The notes beneath the pieces are model-generated. The model ran no database searches, was not told the DNA's origin, and saw nothing but the letters and a program-made list of their open reading frames with translations. A program made the position numbers and the translations under genes. From Chloroflexota bacterium (GTDB taxonomy: Bacteria; Chloroflexota; Dehalococcoidia; UBA2247; RBG-13-53-26), in contig VGOM01000001.1 in NCBI GenBank assembly GCA_016875915.1, forward strand, positions 32,178 through 96,177: a stretch of 64,000 bases of DNA, written 5' to 3'. This document shows positions 63,382 to 64,000 of this stretch, one piece after another; position 1 is the stretch's first letter; every line of letters begins with the position of its first letter.

Positions 63382-64000
63382 ATGGGCTATGCCGAGGTGG
63401 CTGTCAACTCACCGGTAGCTCAGCGTCGCACCTTCAGCTACAGCATCCCGCCTTCGCTGCAACCCGCCATCGGCCAGGCCGTCTGGGTGCCCTTCGGCCC
63501 CAGGGTGCTCCAGGGCATTGTCCTCCAGATCACTGACTGTCCCGGGTTCGAGGAAACCCGGGACATCGCCGGGCTAATCGACCCCTCTCCGCTGCTTTCC
63601 CCCGTTCAGATAGAGCTGGCCCGCTGGATCAGCGACTACTACCTCGCCCCGCTCTTCGATTCCGTGGCCCTGATGCTGCCGCCAGGGTTCGAGCGGCGGC
63701 TGATCACCTTCTTCCAGGCCGCCCCCGGGGCCTCCGCCGCCCTGGCCTCCGCACCTCTGGACTCCGATGAGCGGCAGGTGATGACCCTGCTGGGCGGCGA
63801 GGGCAGGGTGGCTGCTCAGACCATGGACCGGCTCTTGGGCAAGCAGAAGGCGGCTCTGGTCCTGAGACATCTCCTCAGCGAAGGACTGGTCATCAGGAGC
63901 CAGGAGCTGGGCAGGGAGAGGATCAGGCCCAAGGTCGTGCCCCGGTTGCGCCTGGCCGTGGATGCCCCGACCGGCTTGGCGGAAGCACAGCGCCTGGCCG
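63382..64000 (+). CDS. priA: primosomal protein N' (PriA), 5' partial - runs off the window
   Basis: My own translation from the ATG at 63382 gives MGYAEVAVNSPVAQRRTFSYSIPPSLQPAIGQAVWVPFGPRVLQGIV..., the typical PriA 3'-DNA-binding N-terminus. The frame stays open to position 64000. GGGAGA SD upstream. Confidence 0.85.
   Translation, partial: MGYAEVAVNSPVAQRRTFSYSIPPSLQPAIGQAVWVPFGPRVLQGIVLQITDCPGFEETRDIAGLIDPSPLLSPVQIELARWISDYYLAPLFDSVALMLPPGFERRLITFFQAAPGASAALASAPLDSDERQVMTLLGGEGRVAAQTMDRLLGKQKAALVLRHLLSEGLVIRSQELGRERIRPKVVPRLRLAVDAPTGLAEAQRLA

Overview
This 64-kb chromosomal window comes from a high-G+C bacterium. Protein families such as a DUF5667 anti-sigma-like protein, a short archaeal-type thymidylate synthase and a DUF151 bifunctional nuclease hint at a Chloroflexota/Dehalococcoidia-like lineage, but that is inference only. 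The window opens with about 450 nt of non-coding DNA and dnaA. It then runs through tightly packed housekeeping genes: nadD, dut, glyA, rpsF-ssb-rpsR, hom-thrC, folE, nnr, coaX, coaBC, valS, hisS, pyrF, ribD-ribE-ribBA-ribH, lepB, pyrE, rho, pyrG, mnmE, thiL, ndk, efp-epmA, rpsU, trmD-rplS and the 5' end of priA. It also carries two ECF sigma modules and a PAS/HD-GYP protein. I recognised no rRNA, intact tRNA, CRISPR array, transposase or integrase. The stand-out region is a compositionally distinct segment at about 31.1-39.9 kb. My hand counts of 100-nt samples gave 56-59% G+C there versus about 70% in samples from hom and nnr. This segment carries (i) a 1242-aa predicted surface protein with 14 propeller blades, 3 FN3-like repeats, a PKD domain and a C-terminal TM anchor; (ii) a same-strand cassette of four genes with no recognisable housekeeping role; and (iii) an AbrB-type antitoxin-like gene followed by what looks like a decayed toxin. 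The cassette is my best candidate for an undescribed nucleic-acid-targeting (defence-like) system. It comprises a beta-CASP-like metallo-beta-lactamase-fold hydrolase, two proteins with PD-(D/E)xK-like nuclease motifs, and one orphan protein, the last three translationally coupled. Other points of interest are a family of hairpin-containing intergenic repeats, one copy flanked by a 12-bp direct duplication between convergent pyrE and rho. There is also a pyrG with no canonical start codon at the conserved N-terminus, a rib operon with no visible FMN riboswitch, and a likely leaderless thiL. All functional calls rest on motif recognition by eye; no database search was run.
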